Below are positions 31,196-44,261 of a stretch of DNA of 64,000 nucleotides, one piece after another (within the stretch, counting starts at the first letter, position 1; each line of letters starts with the position of its first letter). The notes beneath the pieces are model-generated. The model was given only the letters and a program-made list of their open reading frames with translations. It was not told where the DNA came from and did no database searches. The stretch is from contig NC_043006.1 in the NCBI RefSeq assembly GCF_006345805.1, positions 98,208,001-98,272,000 on the forward strand, written 5' to 3'. The position numbers and the translations under genes were made by a program. The DNA is from Octopus sinensis. Its lineage: Eukaryota.

Positions 31196-33810
31196 ATATA
31201 ATCATTTATGATATTTTCCTCGACATTTCTATCTACTAATTAAGTATTATAGTTTGGATGTTTTACCTCATGATATTCTCTTTAAAATGAAAATTAAAAG
31301 TGTTTTCAATGACATCTCAGAATTCGTGAATTATATGCTGCTCACTAAAGCATAATATGTCTCTTCTGATATCACTAATTATAAGTGGATATAAAATCAA
31401 TTTAAAGTATTTGTATTCATGTTCTTGCCTCGAGTTTTTGCATCATTTCCTCTGAATTGAAATTCTATTTTCGATATAAAATAATATTAGTTTGGACATT
31501 ATAAATTCTATAATTGGAAGACTTCCTCTGTAACTAAACAAGTAGCAATTATCCATTTACTAAGTTAAATATACGTTAAATTTAATCCTATAGAATTTAT
31601 ATCTTTCTGAAATGAAATGCTTTTAAATGGAAAGCTCACAAATTAGATTTAATTTTATTTATTCTTGTTCATTTGCACGTATACTTACACATTATAGATT
31701 CCTGTCTTTCTTTCCTTTTTTTAAATAAATACTTTAATACATTAAAACATGATACGTAAGTACCTGATATTGTATTATATCATGTATAAAAAAAGTCCCT
31801 GTATTATTGCACAGAATGGATTTAACTATTTAGCATAAAGAAATCAGAATATACATTTCCAAGTTAGGTCATCAAACTCGTTTACTCATGTTCACCTTAT
31901 TCTCTCTCTATTTTGAAAACTCGGAACTAATTTTTTCATACATAGCAGGTAATCTCATTATAAACTTTCCACTGTGAATTATTGGGATTTGCGTTCTTTT
32001 AGTAAAATCTTCAACAAGAATTTTGTCTAAATCACATATGCTTCCTGTCACATTATGAACTTCTAGGGATATTGATTATTAACTACAAGCTGTTTTCCCG
32101 TTACTTGGCATTCGACCTTTAAAAATATTTTATTGAATATTTCTCTATTTTTTCTACAGGAATATTTTTTAGGAGTCTTAGGAAGCGAATATGTATAATT
32201 AGTGTGTATTTGATTCTGAAAATTCCAACTTATCAATTCATTGTTACAATCGTAAAACTAAAGGTTAAACCATCTCTATTGTTTAAAAATAAGTGTGGAG
32301 GTGATGCAAAAACTATTTCATCCCCTGGTGATTTTTACTTTGCTTTAATTTATAAGTGTTCTACCGTAAGTGAGGGTTTTTGCGAAACATATTTCTCTAG
32401 TGTTTATTTAAAGGCAAATTGTTTAACATTATATTCCAAATGTAACTCGGTGTCTACATGTTGATAAAAATCATAACTTAAATGTAGTTCCTGTCAATTT
32501 TATATATGACGAAGATGTCAAATTTTACGTAGCCGTTGAAATGTACACTGATTGGTTGCCCCTAAAATATTCTAAGATGGCGCAGTTGGTTTTGGTTTTT
32601 ACAATTGCAATTGTATATATTATTGATTGCTGAGTGTGCTTTTAATTTCAAAGAATTATTCTACGGTAGACTTTCTGAGAATAGTTTTAACTGAGAGGAT
32701 TATGGCACTTGTGGGAGGGGAAAAAGTCAGGTTTCGATGGAAACTGGTGCACTTAAACAATTTCAATACTTTTCTTTTGCACAGTGTATCCTAATATAAC
32801 ACGGGTGTCTTTTGGATAAAAATGGACCCTAATTTGTTTTATTATTTATTACACTGATATTACATTATTTTTTGTAATCACATTATTTTTTGTAATATTC
32901 ATGTTATTATTTCTTAAACTTAATTTACAATTTTATTTTGATTTAAAAACGGGAAATGGAGGTATTCAATAAGAATAGAACAAGGTTAGTGATATTGAAT
33001 AATTCTACTTTGAAATAAATCACTAGAAATAACGAAAATAATAAACAACACTGTGAGGACAGAGGAAATTAGTGATGGTTTGGGGCGACAATTACTGAGT
33101 ATAAACATTTCAGAATTGGAATAAATTAGTTTGCTCTGAGGAAAAGAAACAGATTAGTATTTTCACCTTCCTCGAGGCGAAGCAATTTATTCCACTTCTG
33201 AACAATTTATACATTTACAAATACGTAATTTCTTTGTCATGGATATTTAGTATTTTCATGAAATAGTTTCGTCGTTGAACTCATGAGATACAAACTGAGG
33301 AGAACGAAATAGTGGGAGTCACGGAAGATGTGGAGAGAATGGAAGAGAGGATTAAGAAGAAGAATGGAAGGCTTGTTTGAATTACAGAGAATTGTGGTAC
33401 CATATCCTTTTCAATTGTTTTCATCCGTTAGCCAACGTTTTGTATGTCTTCGTAAAATCAAATAATAAAATTCATAGTCACACAAGCATAAATAGTGGCG
33501 GATACGTGTTTGTGTATATCATTTATTTTACACCTTTTATTTGTTTAATTTATTGCACTATGGTATTCAGCACAATTTTAGGTTTAATCGAAAGAATCTA
33601 ACCCAGAACTAATGCAACTTTAAGCCTAGTAAATGTTATATCGCTTTTCCCAATCACTACGTTAGAGAGACGCAATATTCCAAAAGCACTTGTCATGTGA
33701 TGGCGGAGAAAACAAAACACACACAAATTTGCACATGTATGTATGTAGGTACATATGTACCTATCTCTCTAATTATCTCTCTATCTATACATACATGCAT
33801 TTATTCATAT

Positions 33811-33871
<61 letters not shown>

Positions 33872-34932
33872 GTGTGTGTGTGTGTGTGTGTGTGGTGTGT
33901 GTGTGTGTGTGTGTGTATGTGTGTGTGTGTATAGTCACCTATTGCCCTCCCTCACACACACATGTAATGTACTGCTCCGTGCTGGTAAGATCATCAAAAA
34001 AGAACTCTGTCTGGTGAAAATAGATATTCAGGCATTGCCCGGAGATTTCCCTAAGACACCAGACGTGTTAAGAAACGTTATTTGTTATGCCCTTATTTCA
34101 TGAAACTATCAGCAGCTCATACTTTTATTAAATAAAAACATACACACACAGACACACACTCACATAGAGACAGATAGATAGATAGTTATATCTGTCGCAT
34201 TGTTTGTCTATCTCTCCTTTCTTCCCGTCTTTTTTCTTTCTCTTCCTCCTTCTCTCTGTGCATTTATATATAAATCACATAAATCATATGTGAGAGGTGA
34301 ATACATTATCATTTGTTACAGAGTGCAATCAGACTGAACCAAAGACCACATGCTTGAAAAGGAAGCTTCTTATTTCACATGTTTCAAATTTTGTGTACCT
34401 GAATATGTGTTCTAAGATTTTGCACAAATCTATTAATTATTACGATAAAACGTTTCATGTCATTTTGAGTCTAAGCCCTTGTTTCTAACAAAAACTCAAA
34501 GTAATCTCACCATTGAAAACCACAAAGCGGATGGCCTGTCTTCCACTTGTCCGTATCTGCTGTATTTTATTAGTGTTCAGTCATATGACTCCGGCCATGC
34601 TATTGAACCGCCTCGAAGGCTACAGCAGAAGACAGCTGCCCAAGACAGTAGGCAGCAACATTGAAAGTGTAATCAGCCGGTTAGAAAGGAAACTTCTTGA
34701 CAAAAGAACGCAACAATGCCTGCACGAGAAAAACAAAAGACGAAAATAATAAAGCAGCAGTACACATCCATACACATACGTCATTACAGAAAATGGAAGG
34801 GACTCTCATAGAAAAAGGGTATATATGCAGATGAAGGCATACGTACATGAGAAGCTACCTGTACGCACATTCATACCCAAATGATAACTGGACTTTGATA
34901 TAAATATACGCACACACGTACACATACTTAGG

Positions 34933-35312
34933 AAGCACTCCGTCCGTAACGACGACGAGGGTTCCGGTTGATCCGAATCAACGGAACAGCCTGCTCGTGA
35001 AATTAACGTGTAAGTGGCTGAGCACTCCACAGACACGTGTACCCTTAACGTAGTTCTCGGGGATATTCAGCGTGACACAGAGAGTGACAAGGCCGGCCCT
35101 TTGAAATACAGGTACAACAGAAACAGGAAGTAAGAGTGAGAGAAAGTTGTGGTGAAAGAGTACAGCAGGGATCACCACCAGCCCCTGCCGGAACCTCGTG
35201 GAGCTTTAGGTGTTTTCGCTCAATAAACACTCACAACGCCCGGTCTGGGAATCGAAACCGCGATCCTATGACTGCGAGTCCGCTGCCCTAACCACTGGGC
35301 CATTGCGCCTCC
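34933..35312 (-). mobile_element. tRNA-derived SINE (octopus OR/OK-like)
   Basis: Minus-strand head GGAGGCGCAATGGCCCAGTGG (A box)...GGTTTCGATTCC (B box) at ~35240-35312, followed by a non-tRNA body. Confidence 0.8.
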
Positions 35313-36369
35313 ACACACATACTTATAATAGTGAACAAGGTACACACAAATCTACAGAAAAGAAGATATAGATTGAGTGTGTGCGCTGCTTTTAATTCGT
35401 TATTGAATTTTATTTTACGTATGCTTAGCCGTGACATATCAGGAAATAGTTTTTACAATATTCATATATAATCAGAGACTGGCGATTCGATTCATTCCCG
35501 TTTCGATTGAGGTACGCACTGTTGATAAGCCACAAAAATTGTGAAATCACTCTTGAATTCAATCTACAGCGAGTTGTCTCACCTGTCTAATATTTACAAA
35601 ACTAGCGTGCGAGATGTGAATCGACAACATTATAAATGATACGAGGGGTGCTGAAAAGTTCCTGACTTTGAGTAAAGCTTACAATAAAGTATGTTTACCC
35701 GTCTGTGTTAATATGTGTGCTACGGATTTTACAATCGAAATAAACACAACTAGCTCATCAGATCAAATGAACGTCAGATTTACTCCAACGATTCAACAAT
35801 ATATATACACATTTTAAATTTTACATATACAATATATGGATGACCGAGACTAGATAAGATTAGCTTGATATGGTCAATATAAATAAAGATATGTTCTTTC
35901 ATGACAATTAAGGTCAAACGTAAGGTCAGGGAATTGACCTTCCTTAACATTAACAAAAGTCGGTAAGGTATAAAAAGAGGAAGTAAAGACGACATAGTAA
36001 ATATATTGAAAAAACTAAAACATATATTTAAAAACTAGAGAAAGTTACATATAAAAACATAGTGTAAATGTATTCAATAGAAAACAGATAGCTGGAGAGA
36101 TAAAGATTAAACTAACAAATAGCGTCGGGCAACAATAATTTTCAAATAAATTTCAAAGTTTAAAAGACCAACCGGAAAGATCTATGGGTCTTAATTGCTA
36201 TCATATTTTCTAACCTCTGTTCAAAATGCATTTATACCTACTGAACTGAAATGCAACCAAAACTAACAGGCGCTTGTTATATATTTATATATGTATGTAT
36301 GTATATATAAATGAACGCAAACACAAGCACACACACATAATTATATATGTATATACATACATACACATA

Positions 36370-36682
36370 TTATATTAAATTAGAGATAAAACCACTATTA
36401 GGCAAATCATACAATGAAAAACTTAAGCCAATACATAAGATTATTTAATTTATATTATTTAAATATATGACAAAATTATTAAAAATATATAATTAATATA
36501 ACACTACGATCGTTTCATGGCTGTTAATTTCTTTAAATTTTCGAGTTACAGTCATTCATCAGGTGGTTTAGATATTTAACTTGGCGATGTTTAATCAATT
36601 CAAATTAAATAATCTTATGTATTGGCTTAAGTTTTTCATTGTATGATTTGCCTAATAGTGGTTTTATCTCTAATTTAATATA
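36370..36682. mobile_element. pLTR-like element: ~80-bp inverted arms enclosing a hammerhead motif
   Basis: ~36371-36451 is the reverse complement of ~36602-36682; bounded by TA/CA microsatellites. Confidence 0.8.
36500..36568 (-). ncRNA. Minimal type-I hammerhead ribozyme (candidate)
   Basis: accac-CTGATGA-atgactgt..acagccat-GAAA-CGATCG-TA-gtg: intact core, paired stem II, palindromic stem-III region. Confidence 0.75.
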
Positions 36683-36777
36683 ATATAACATTTTACTATA
36701 AAATTGGATTTATTCCCTAATATTTATTATCATACATACACATATATATATACACATACATACATATATATATATAT

Positions 36778-36809
<32 letters not shown>

Positions 36810-37534
36810 TCACTTCTATATATTCTACTTTCATTCGCATTTTCCACTCAATTAGAATAGACCATTTTTGCATCGTTATGCTATATTTCGAGTGTTCTAA
36901 TCTATTCACTATGCTTTTATCTCTCCTTTGTATTCCTTAGATTCCCTCTTTATATTTCATGCTAATATATTTTCTTCATTTCCCCTACTGCCTTCTCTCA
37001 AGTGTTCTTTTTAAACATACTTTTCTACACTTTCGCTAATCTTTTTTCTGTAACTTTTTCTACGTTAATGTGTTTCAAATATATCTTTGTTTTTCTAAAC
37101 CAGTTTTTAATTCGTTATCTGTCTTACTTTTGTCTAATTGTTTTTATATAACACTCGTTATATATTTACGAACTACGATTCCTCTTTTTTTCTATTGCAA
37201 TTATAAATGACATTTACAAAATGTTATTCTCAAAACATTAACATGTCGCAATATATCTTACTTAAGGAAAAATATATGTAGCATCTTCTTACCATAATCA
37301 ATAAATACGTTTCAGGAACACACAAAAGTTTACTGAAATAAAGATTAACAAAGCTATTTTTTTTTAGTTAACTAACTACCTTAACCCTAGAGATGTTTAT
37401 AAAATAAAATCTAATTTAAGATTGTAGAAGCACATATAAAAAAACTGGGTACGCATGCGTATGTTTTTGCATGCGCGTGTATACACACACGCACACACAC
37501 ACAGATATATATATATATATAGATATACAAACAT

Positions 37535-37593
<59 letters not shown>

Positions 37594-38156
37594 TGTAGAT
37601 ATATATATACATATATATGCATACACAGACATACCAAGAGGGGAGTGGACTAGCGTCAACAGTAGCGCATTGTTTCTTACCGTTTCCTTGAAGCTGGACG
37701 GTTATAATTTGTCTAATTGAAGATAAAAAATAGTCATAAGACAGGATATACATCTTGTTGTCTGGAAAGGAAGGTTGTCAGGTTTATAAAAGAAGGCTTA
37801 GGGATCCTCGACATTGTTTTTCTTTCTATTTTTTCCTTGTTAATTTAAATTTTTATTCTTCATTATCCTTATAATAGAAATTAATAACAAAAAAACTCAT
37901 TTAGTATATCTCATTTGTACAAATATTTACATCTGTATCTTTGATTTCATGTATATATGATTTAACTATATTTATTCTTTATCTATCTAAGTATATTTTA
38001 TGAGTGCGCTTTGCTTTTGACTGTAAGTGTATCTTGTCTTTCAAAGATTCTATGTTTATTTACGTCTGAGAGCTGCTAGAATGCTACATCTCTCTAACTA
38101 TATATTACAAAACAAAGTGAAATGGCAGAAGATATAGCGAGGAACTTGTTTAAAAT

Positions 38157-38262
38157 GTCGCCTGAGGAGACGCATTCTACCCCTATGATCCAAGTCAATT
38201 CAATGCATAGCATCTCACCTATGGACTACAATTGCTTGAATGAGACGAAATAACTGTAGTGG
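38157..38262 (+). ncRNA. Degenerate hammerhead-like motif
   Basis: tcgc-CTGAGGA-gacgcattc..gaatgagac-GAAA-taactg-TA-gtgg; stems mismatched. Confidence 0.45.
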
Positions 38263-38509
38263 ATTTGAATAAAGAATCTCGGGAATTACATTTTCTGTCT
38301 CAGATCTGTTTATATTAACTTTACAGACAATATAGAATTCCTGATGTAGATCGATAGCAAATGCAACTGTACTGCATAATGGCACCATGTACCAAATAAG
38401 TGTGGAAAGAATTGCACATTATTCGACAAGGATCTTTCCAGAATCTCACATCTCTCTCCATCTCTCTCTATTTAATACTCTCTCTCTTTCTAATTCTCTC
38501 CTTCCCTCC

Positions 38510-39600
38510 CTCTCGTCCTGGGTCGACCTTGAGTGACTTCAACACAACCAAAGCATTCTATAGGGGATTAGTGGAGGGGAGGTACGACGACGAGCTCGGA
38601 GCGAACCTGGACGTCGACGAGGAGTACCTGACCCGCCTGTTCAGGACGACTTTCGGGCCTGGCAGTGTTACCGAGAAGCGCTACCCGTTCGGGATAAGCT
38701 CTACAGATACAGTTCGAGAAACACGGGGCCGACCTGCCCGAGATGCGGTCAGAGCGACGAAACCGTTCTGCACGCACTCGTGCAGTGTCCAACAATTTCC
38801 GACCTGTGGGCTTGTGTCGAACAACTGCTATCACGTGTGGGACGAGTCGGTTTATCAGCTGAGTCTATCGTCAATATTGTCACGCCTCCTTCCTTCAAAC
38901 GGGAAGGAAGAGCTATTTTCATCATCCTTGTGGCTATGGCGAAAGAATGTATCTGGTGGACGCGTCTGAAAGGATTGGAGACAAACACTTTCCTCTCTGG
39001 TCAATCTCTCATCAACTTCTTCAAGTACCACTTGAAAAGGAAAGTGAGAGTAGAGAGGCAAGTTTTGTCTAGCGAATGTTTTAAAAAAAGATGGGTGAAT
39101 GTAGCAAGGATGGCACGTATTAATGACGAAGCCACCTTGAGCATAATCCTATGAACCCAGAAATTGAAAACAGAGGGTTACCCACTTGCAAACAAATGTG
39201 GTAACATATAACAATCTTGACCAAGGTTACCGTGGTCTTTTTCGTAGGCTTTTCTTCCCACGGATAAACCTTACTTGCTTCCCCCTTTACACCATATATC
39301 ATAACACTGTGATACACGATCCCTATTGATCGTTCCTTTTTTTTCCTCTTCCCCTTTTTTCCCCTTTTTCTTCTTTTTTTATTTCTCTTTTCTTTTGTTC
39401 CTTTCCCTTTCTTTTTTTTTCTTTTATTCTTTTTATTTTTTATTCTATTTTTTTCTTTCTTTTTTTTGTTCTTTTCTTCCCTTTTACGATCCCTCTTGAT
39501 CGAAAACCTACGCCACCCCCTTTTTTTCATCCCCCAAAAGAAAAGCTCTACCTTGTAACTTGTCCCATCTGTGTGCAGCCCTGTGTGGCCAATAAAGAAA
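38510..39600 (+). mobile_element. L1/Tx1-clade LINE 3' end (zf-RVT region and 3' UTR)
   Basis: CPRCGQSDETVLHALVQCPTISDLW zinc knuckle; ORF 38780-39154; pyrimidine-rich UTR, AATAAA at ~39591, then (CTAT)n. Confidence 0.85.
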
Positions 39601-39601
39601 C

Positions 39602-39645
<44 letters not shown>

Positions 39646-40091
39646 ATCTATATCTATATATATATATATTGTAGGGGTGGGTTTATGGGGAGAGGGGAAG
39701 GTGGTTTATGTGAGGAGAGAGAGGAGGAGAGAAGAGAGAAAGAGAGGATGAAAGAGTAGGAGAGACGAAAGAGAATAAGAACGGAGAGAGAAAGAGAGTA
39801 AGAAAGAAATGGTAGATGAGCTCAGCAAAAATTTAGATTTAAATGAATATTGTACTTAAGTTGAGGCACCAGGATTTAGTACGGTATTAACCATACAATT
39901 TCAAAATAAGGTGATTAAAATCAGAATAATTACTATGAAGCGTTTTGTAGAGTATAATGTATAAATGTTCATGGGTAAGGCCAAAACAATGCGAAGTAAA
40001 TGCAAAGCAAATCACAAGAAAACAAATATGTGAATTAATGTATACTTACTTGGCGAATGTTGTCGATGTGCGCCCATCGGCATATTCAAGA

Positions 40092-40595
40092 AACACAAAA
40101 ACCGTTAGATTGACTTCAACATTTAAATTTAATTTGTCAAAATATTTTCGTCGCATTGAGACCGCGACCTGTTCACTGGTAAAAACAGGTCGTGGTCTCA
40201 AAGCGACGAAAATATTTTGACAAATTAAATTTATAATGTTGAAGTGAATCTAATGGTTTGTGTGTGTTTCTTAAATGGCTTATAAACACCTTCCACGCTG
40301 CAATTGTCTTCGTTCCAGCACACGATCTCAGATCAAGTCACTCGCTATGCAAGTACATCTCCGTAATATATATATTCGTGCAACACGAAGCTTTGTCAGT
40401 GAAAAGGTCACGGTCTCAAAGCGACGAAAATATTTTGACAAATCAAATTCAAATGTTGAAGTGAATCGAACGGCTTTTGTGTGTTTCTTAAATGGCTTAT
40501 AAACACCTTCCACGCTGCAATTGTTTTTGTTCCAGCACACGAATTCAGATCAGGTCACTCGCCATGCAGGTACATCTCCGTAATATATATATATT
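40092..40595. mobile_element. One inverted plus two tandem (~225 bp) copies of a hammerhead-like unit
   Basis: ~40103-40172 is inverted relative to ~40183-40255; the unit ~40185-40375 repeats at ~40405-40595. Confidence 0.85.
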
Positions 40596-40627
40596 TACTG
40601 TGGTTAACCCCGACTCAACCCGGGACC

Positions 40628-40664
<37 letters not shown>

Positions 40665-41805
40665 ACTGAAGAGGCTGAGTTAGGCTGAAAAAATGACTTG
40701 TAATTATATAACTGACTCACTATAAAACATTACAAAGCTTATTACAAAACGTCACAAAAGTTTAATGCTACAGGTATTATTGTCGCTTTTGCCCAATGTC
40801 TGTACACACGTATATCGTAAATAAAATAATGTAATTCCAAAAATATGCATCCCACAACGACATTTATTATCCTAACATCATATATGCCAACAGTATTAAC
40901 ATTAGAAATTAATGAAAACTGCTGCAGTTAGTCGAATTAGTAGAAAAAGAAAAATGAGGGCATTGTAATGGTTACTAGAAAATACTTAGTGAGATCTGAA
41001 TCCTCAATATTAGAAATGATTCGAGGCGTTGCTGAAGGTTCCTGCCTTTGGTAAAAGAAAATACAGACGGATCAATTAATTATGATTTTATTGAACATAT
41101 TCCATTCTGAGATTCACACACATATGGCAGCGGTCCTTCAGTTTTTCCAAGCACTGTAAAAGAATTCGTAAGTTTGGCACCCAAATTAGGGCTTTCGTGA
41201 TAACTTGAAAGCCAGGAAATTTTCAGTACCCTCTCGAAAGTTTTTGATAAATAATAGAATACCAGGATGTTATATAATTTAGTGTCAAACATAATCCTAG
41301 ATCAATTACATATTTCAGGGTCTCAGGTTTAATAACTTATAGATCTTGATATGATTTGCAAATTGAACTGCCTCATACAAATTTAAGCAATACAGATATA
41401 TTAAGTATAGGGACTTTTATACTTGTACAACTCATTTAGTACACCAGATAATATGTACATTATATCTATGCTCTAAAACACTCGAATTGTAAAATGTGTA
41501 TAACATATTCTAAATCACTCTTACATAGCGTTTATTTAATATATCTTAAACTTCATCTGCGCACTGCGCTTTCTTTTTTTAATATATTTTTGTACAGGCA
41601 TTATACTCATACGTTAATTTAAATGATGAGCTTCACAATACCAATTATATTGGGTGTAAAGTAGCTAGTGATACCATAAGTTTTGCATCTGTTTTCATGA
41701 AGCAGTAATTGACATGCTAAAAATTCTGCACAAACAAAATAACAATACATATATACATACATATATACATACATACATACACACACCACACCAACAGAGA
41801 CACAC

Positions 41806-41887
<82 letters not shown>

Positions 41888-42272
41888 TATGTGTGTGTGT
41901 GTGTTTGTGTATTTACAAAAATGAGATACATCTTTCTAAAGAAAGCTGCAAAATGTTTGAGATAAACGGTCATTAAAAAGGAAAACAACCTAAGGAAATA
42001 TAAAATATTTATTTCGATGTATTTTCTTTTGTATTGATAATATTCTGTTATAAAGTAGGGTAATGCTTCTTTATTAATAGTGGAAAATTATAGAAAATTA
42101 TATAGCTACAAACCAAAACATTTATTATAATGTATACATAAATATATTTGCATTCAGAAAAAAGATGTATAGCACACGTATTTGTATTTTAATATGGCAT
42201 CAGTAAAACTATATGCCATACATAAACGATAGACTATTTCCAAAGATATACTCAAGTTACGTTACCCACCCA

Positions 42273-42316
<44 letters not shown>

Positions 42317-42325
42317 GATTTTATA

Positions 42326-42505
42326 ATAGAGGGCATAATTATACATACATGCCAGGAGGCATTATATATACCTGCCAAACGCTAAGAGGGACAATCAGTC
42401 ATTTCTACCAAAAATATTTTTGGTAGAAATGACTGATTGTCCCTCTTAGCGTTTGGCAGGTATATATAATGCCTCCTGGCATGTATGTATAATTATGCCC
42501 TCTAT
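42326..42505. repeat. 180-bp perfect palindrome with no spacer
   Basis: Symmetric about 42415/42416 (ccaaaaat|atttttgg); bounded by (TA)n. Confidence 0.95.
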
Positions 42506-42650
42506 ATATAAATTAATATGTTCAATAAGAAATAATTATTTTCGAAATGTTTTCTCTTATGAGGTTTTTACGCTATCTACCTGACAATTTCTTGTTAAGT
42601 TTTCCTTATTAAGTAGTTGTCCTTAATTGCAATATATATATATATTATAT

Positions 42651-42680
<30 letters not shown>

Positions 42681-42681
<1 letters not shown>

Positions 42682-42742
42682 GTATGTTTGGGAAGCGTGC
42701 ATGCTGGCATAGAATAGAATATATATATAGAGTATATATACA

Positions 42743-42782
<40 letters not shown>

Positions 42783-42833
42783 TCTATATATATATTCTAT
42801 TCTATGCCAGCATGCAAGCTTCCCAAACATACA
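42681..42833. repeat. Foldback mini-element with (TA)n core; second copy at 46435-46594
   Basis: Arms gtatgtttgggaagc(g/t)tgcatgctggcatagaatagaat...gag and its reverse complement; a single arm also at ~47729-47765. Confidence 0.9.
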
Positions 42834-42861
42834 TATATATATATATATATTATATAAATAT

Positions 42862-42893
<32 letters not shown>

Positions 42894-43088
42894 CATATAT
42901 TATATAAAAGGGCTTAGTAAAATAAATTACTTTGCCGCATACTGAACTCATTAGAAATAGCAGCTAAAAAACTTTTTAAAGCTATTTCTAATACTTAAAG
43001 AAAATCTCTCTCATATATAGTGTTTGCTTAATTCAACTCACAAAAGTTTGGGGGTAAGGACATCGAAAAATCAAATGCTAAGGTTATT

Positions 43089-43139
43089 TGAGAACGTACG
43101 TTTCAGATTAGTCAAAACAACACTTCTATCATCAGCTCA
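43089..43139 (-). ncRNA. Minimal type-I hammerhead ribozyme (candidate)
   Basis: tgag-CTGATGA-t-aga..tct-GAAA-CGTACG-TT-ctca. Confidence 0.72.
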
Positions 43140-43344
43140 GAAATTCCTTGGTTGGATTTGGAAACACTGAAAATAAGAACATACCCTTTCGAAGATCTGC
43201 TCGTAACTACAGTGCCAACAAATTCAAATAAGCAAGCGAAGAATCTCTGTTCTCCCCTTTCCACCAGCGTGGGTTAAAATCATCAAACACTATGCTTATT
43301 TCGGTAAAATCCGAAGCATTAATCAGAGGGAGATTAATTAATAT

Positions 43345-44186
43345 ACATATATATATATATCTATCGTATTTATCTATCTAAACGTCTTTTGTGTATAACT
43401 ACCTATTTGTCTGCTTATCTGTCGCGTTATGTATATATGTATATATGTATATGTATGTAGCATCTCTAGCCAAGCAGTTAATATGTGGTGAGTAAGGGAA
43501 ATGACCCAGAAACCCCAGTCCACAGATATTGCTTTGTGCTGAATGAGGATGCTAGACTTCTCTGACCGAAAATAGGATAGTTTGTCGTACAGCGAACTGA
43601 AGACGATGTTTCCTGGGGCTAAATAACAGTAACATTCGACCGAATCGAGGCTGCCATATTACGTTGGCAAATAACCTTTACTTTAGAAAACTGTTACTGA
43701 AAGTCTATCGTTGAGAGATGTAGAAATAAGAATATTTATATATGTAACGTATTTATTTCGTTCATTGTAAGTTTCCTCTCTATATCTGTCTAGCTGCTTG
43801 CCTCTCTCGTATATTACTCAATGCTTTGAGAGTGTATTCTCCACAAGGTCAACGGGGCAACCTACCGGCAAATACACTTACCTCTTGTGTTAACTATGTG
43901 ACAGATAGTACATAATTGCACACACGGACATATACGCACGCACACATACACACAACCACGCACGCACACACAGGCACACACAAAGGGCTGAGTGATATAG
44001 AAGAAAAACAAATAGACAGGCCGCAATTGTAATACGGCCTCGAATAGACTTGAATCACTAAATCGAAACATGTATGAAAATACTCTTCAAATGGCTGGGA
44101 GCACTGCACATGCATACTTAGTTACACACGCATACGTATATATATGTGTAGATATGTATATATATATATATGTATATATATATAAT

Positions 44187-44261
<75 letters not shown>

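Noticed and set aside
35240-35312. tRNA gene
   Set aside because: It has A and B boxes but runs into a SINE body; a SINE head rather than a functional tRNA.
30945-35675. A single mariner element spanning two matching TIRs
   Set aside because: The TIRs face outward, so they are ends of two separate remnants.
36113-36190. Additional hammerhead (ccgGAAA-GATC-TA-tggg)
   Set aside because: Only the 3' half is recognisable; no CUGANGA core or stem I partner remains.
39120-39530. Lys/Arg-rich protamine-like ORF
   Set aside because: It is the antisense reading of the pyrimidine-rich 3' UTR of the Tx1-like LINE.
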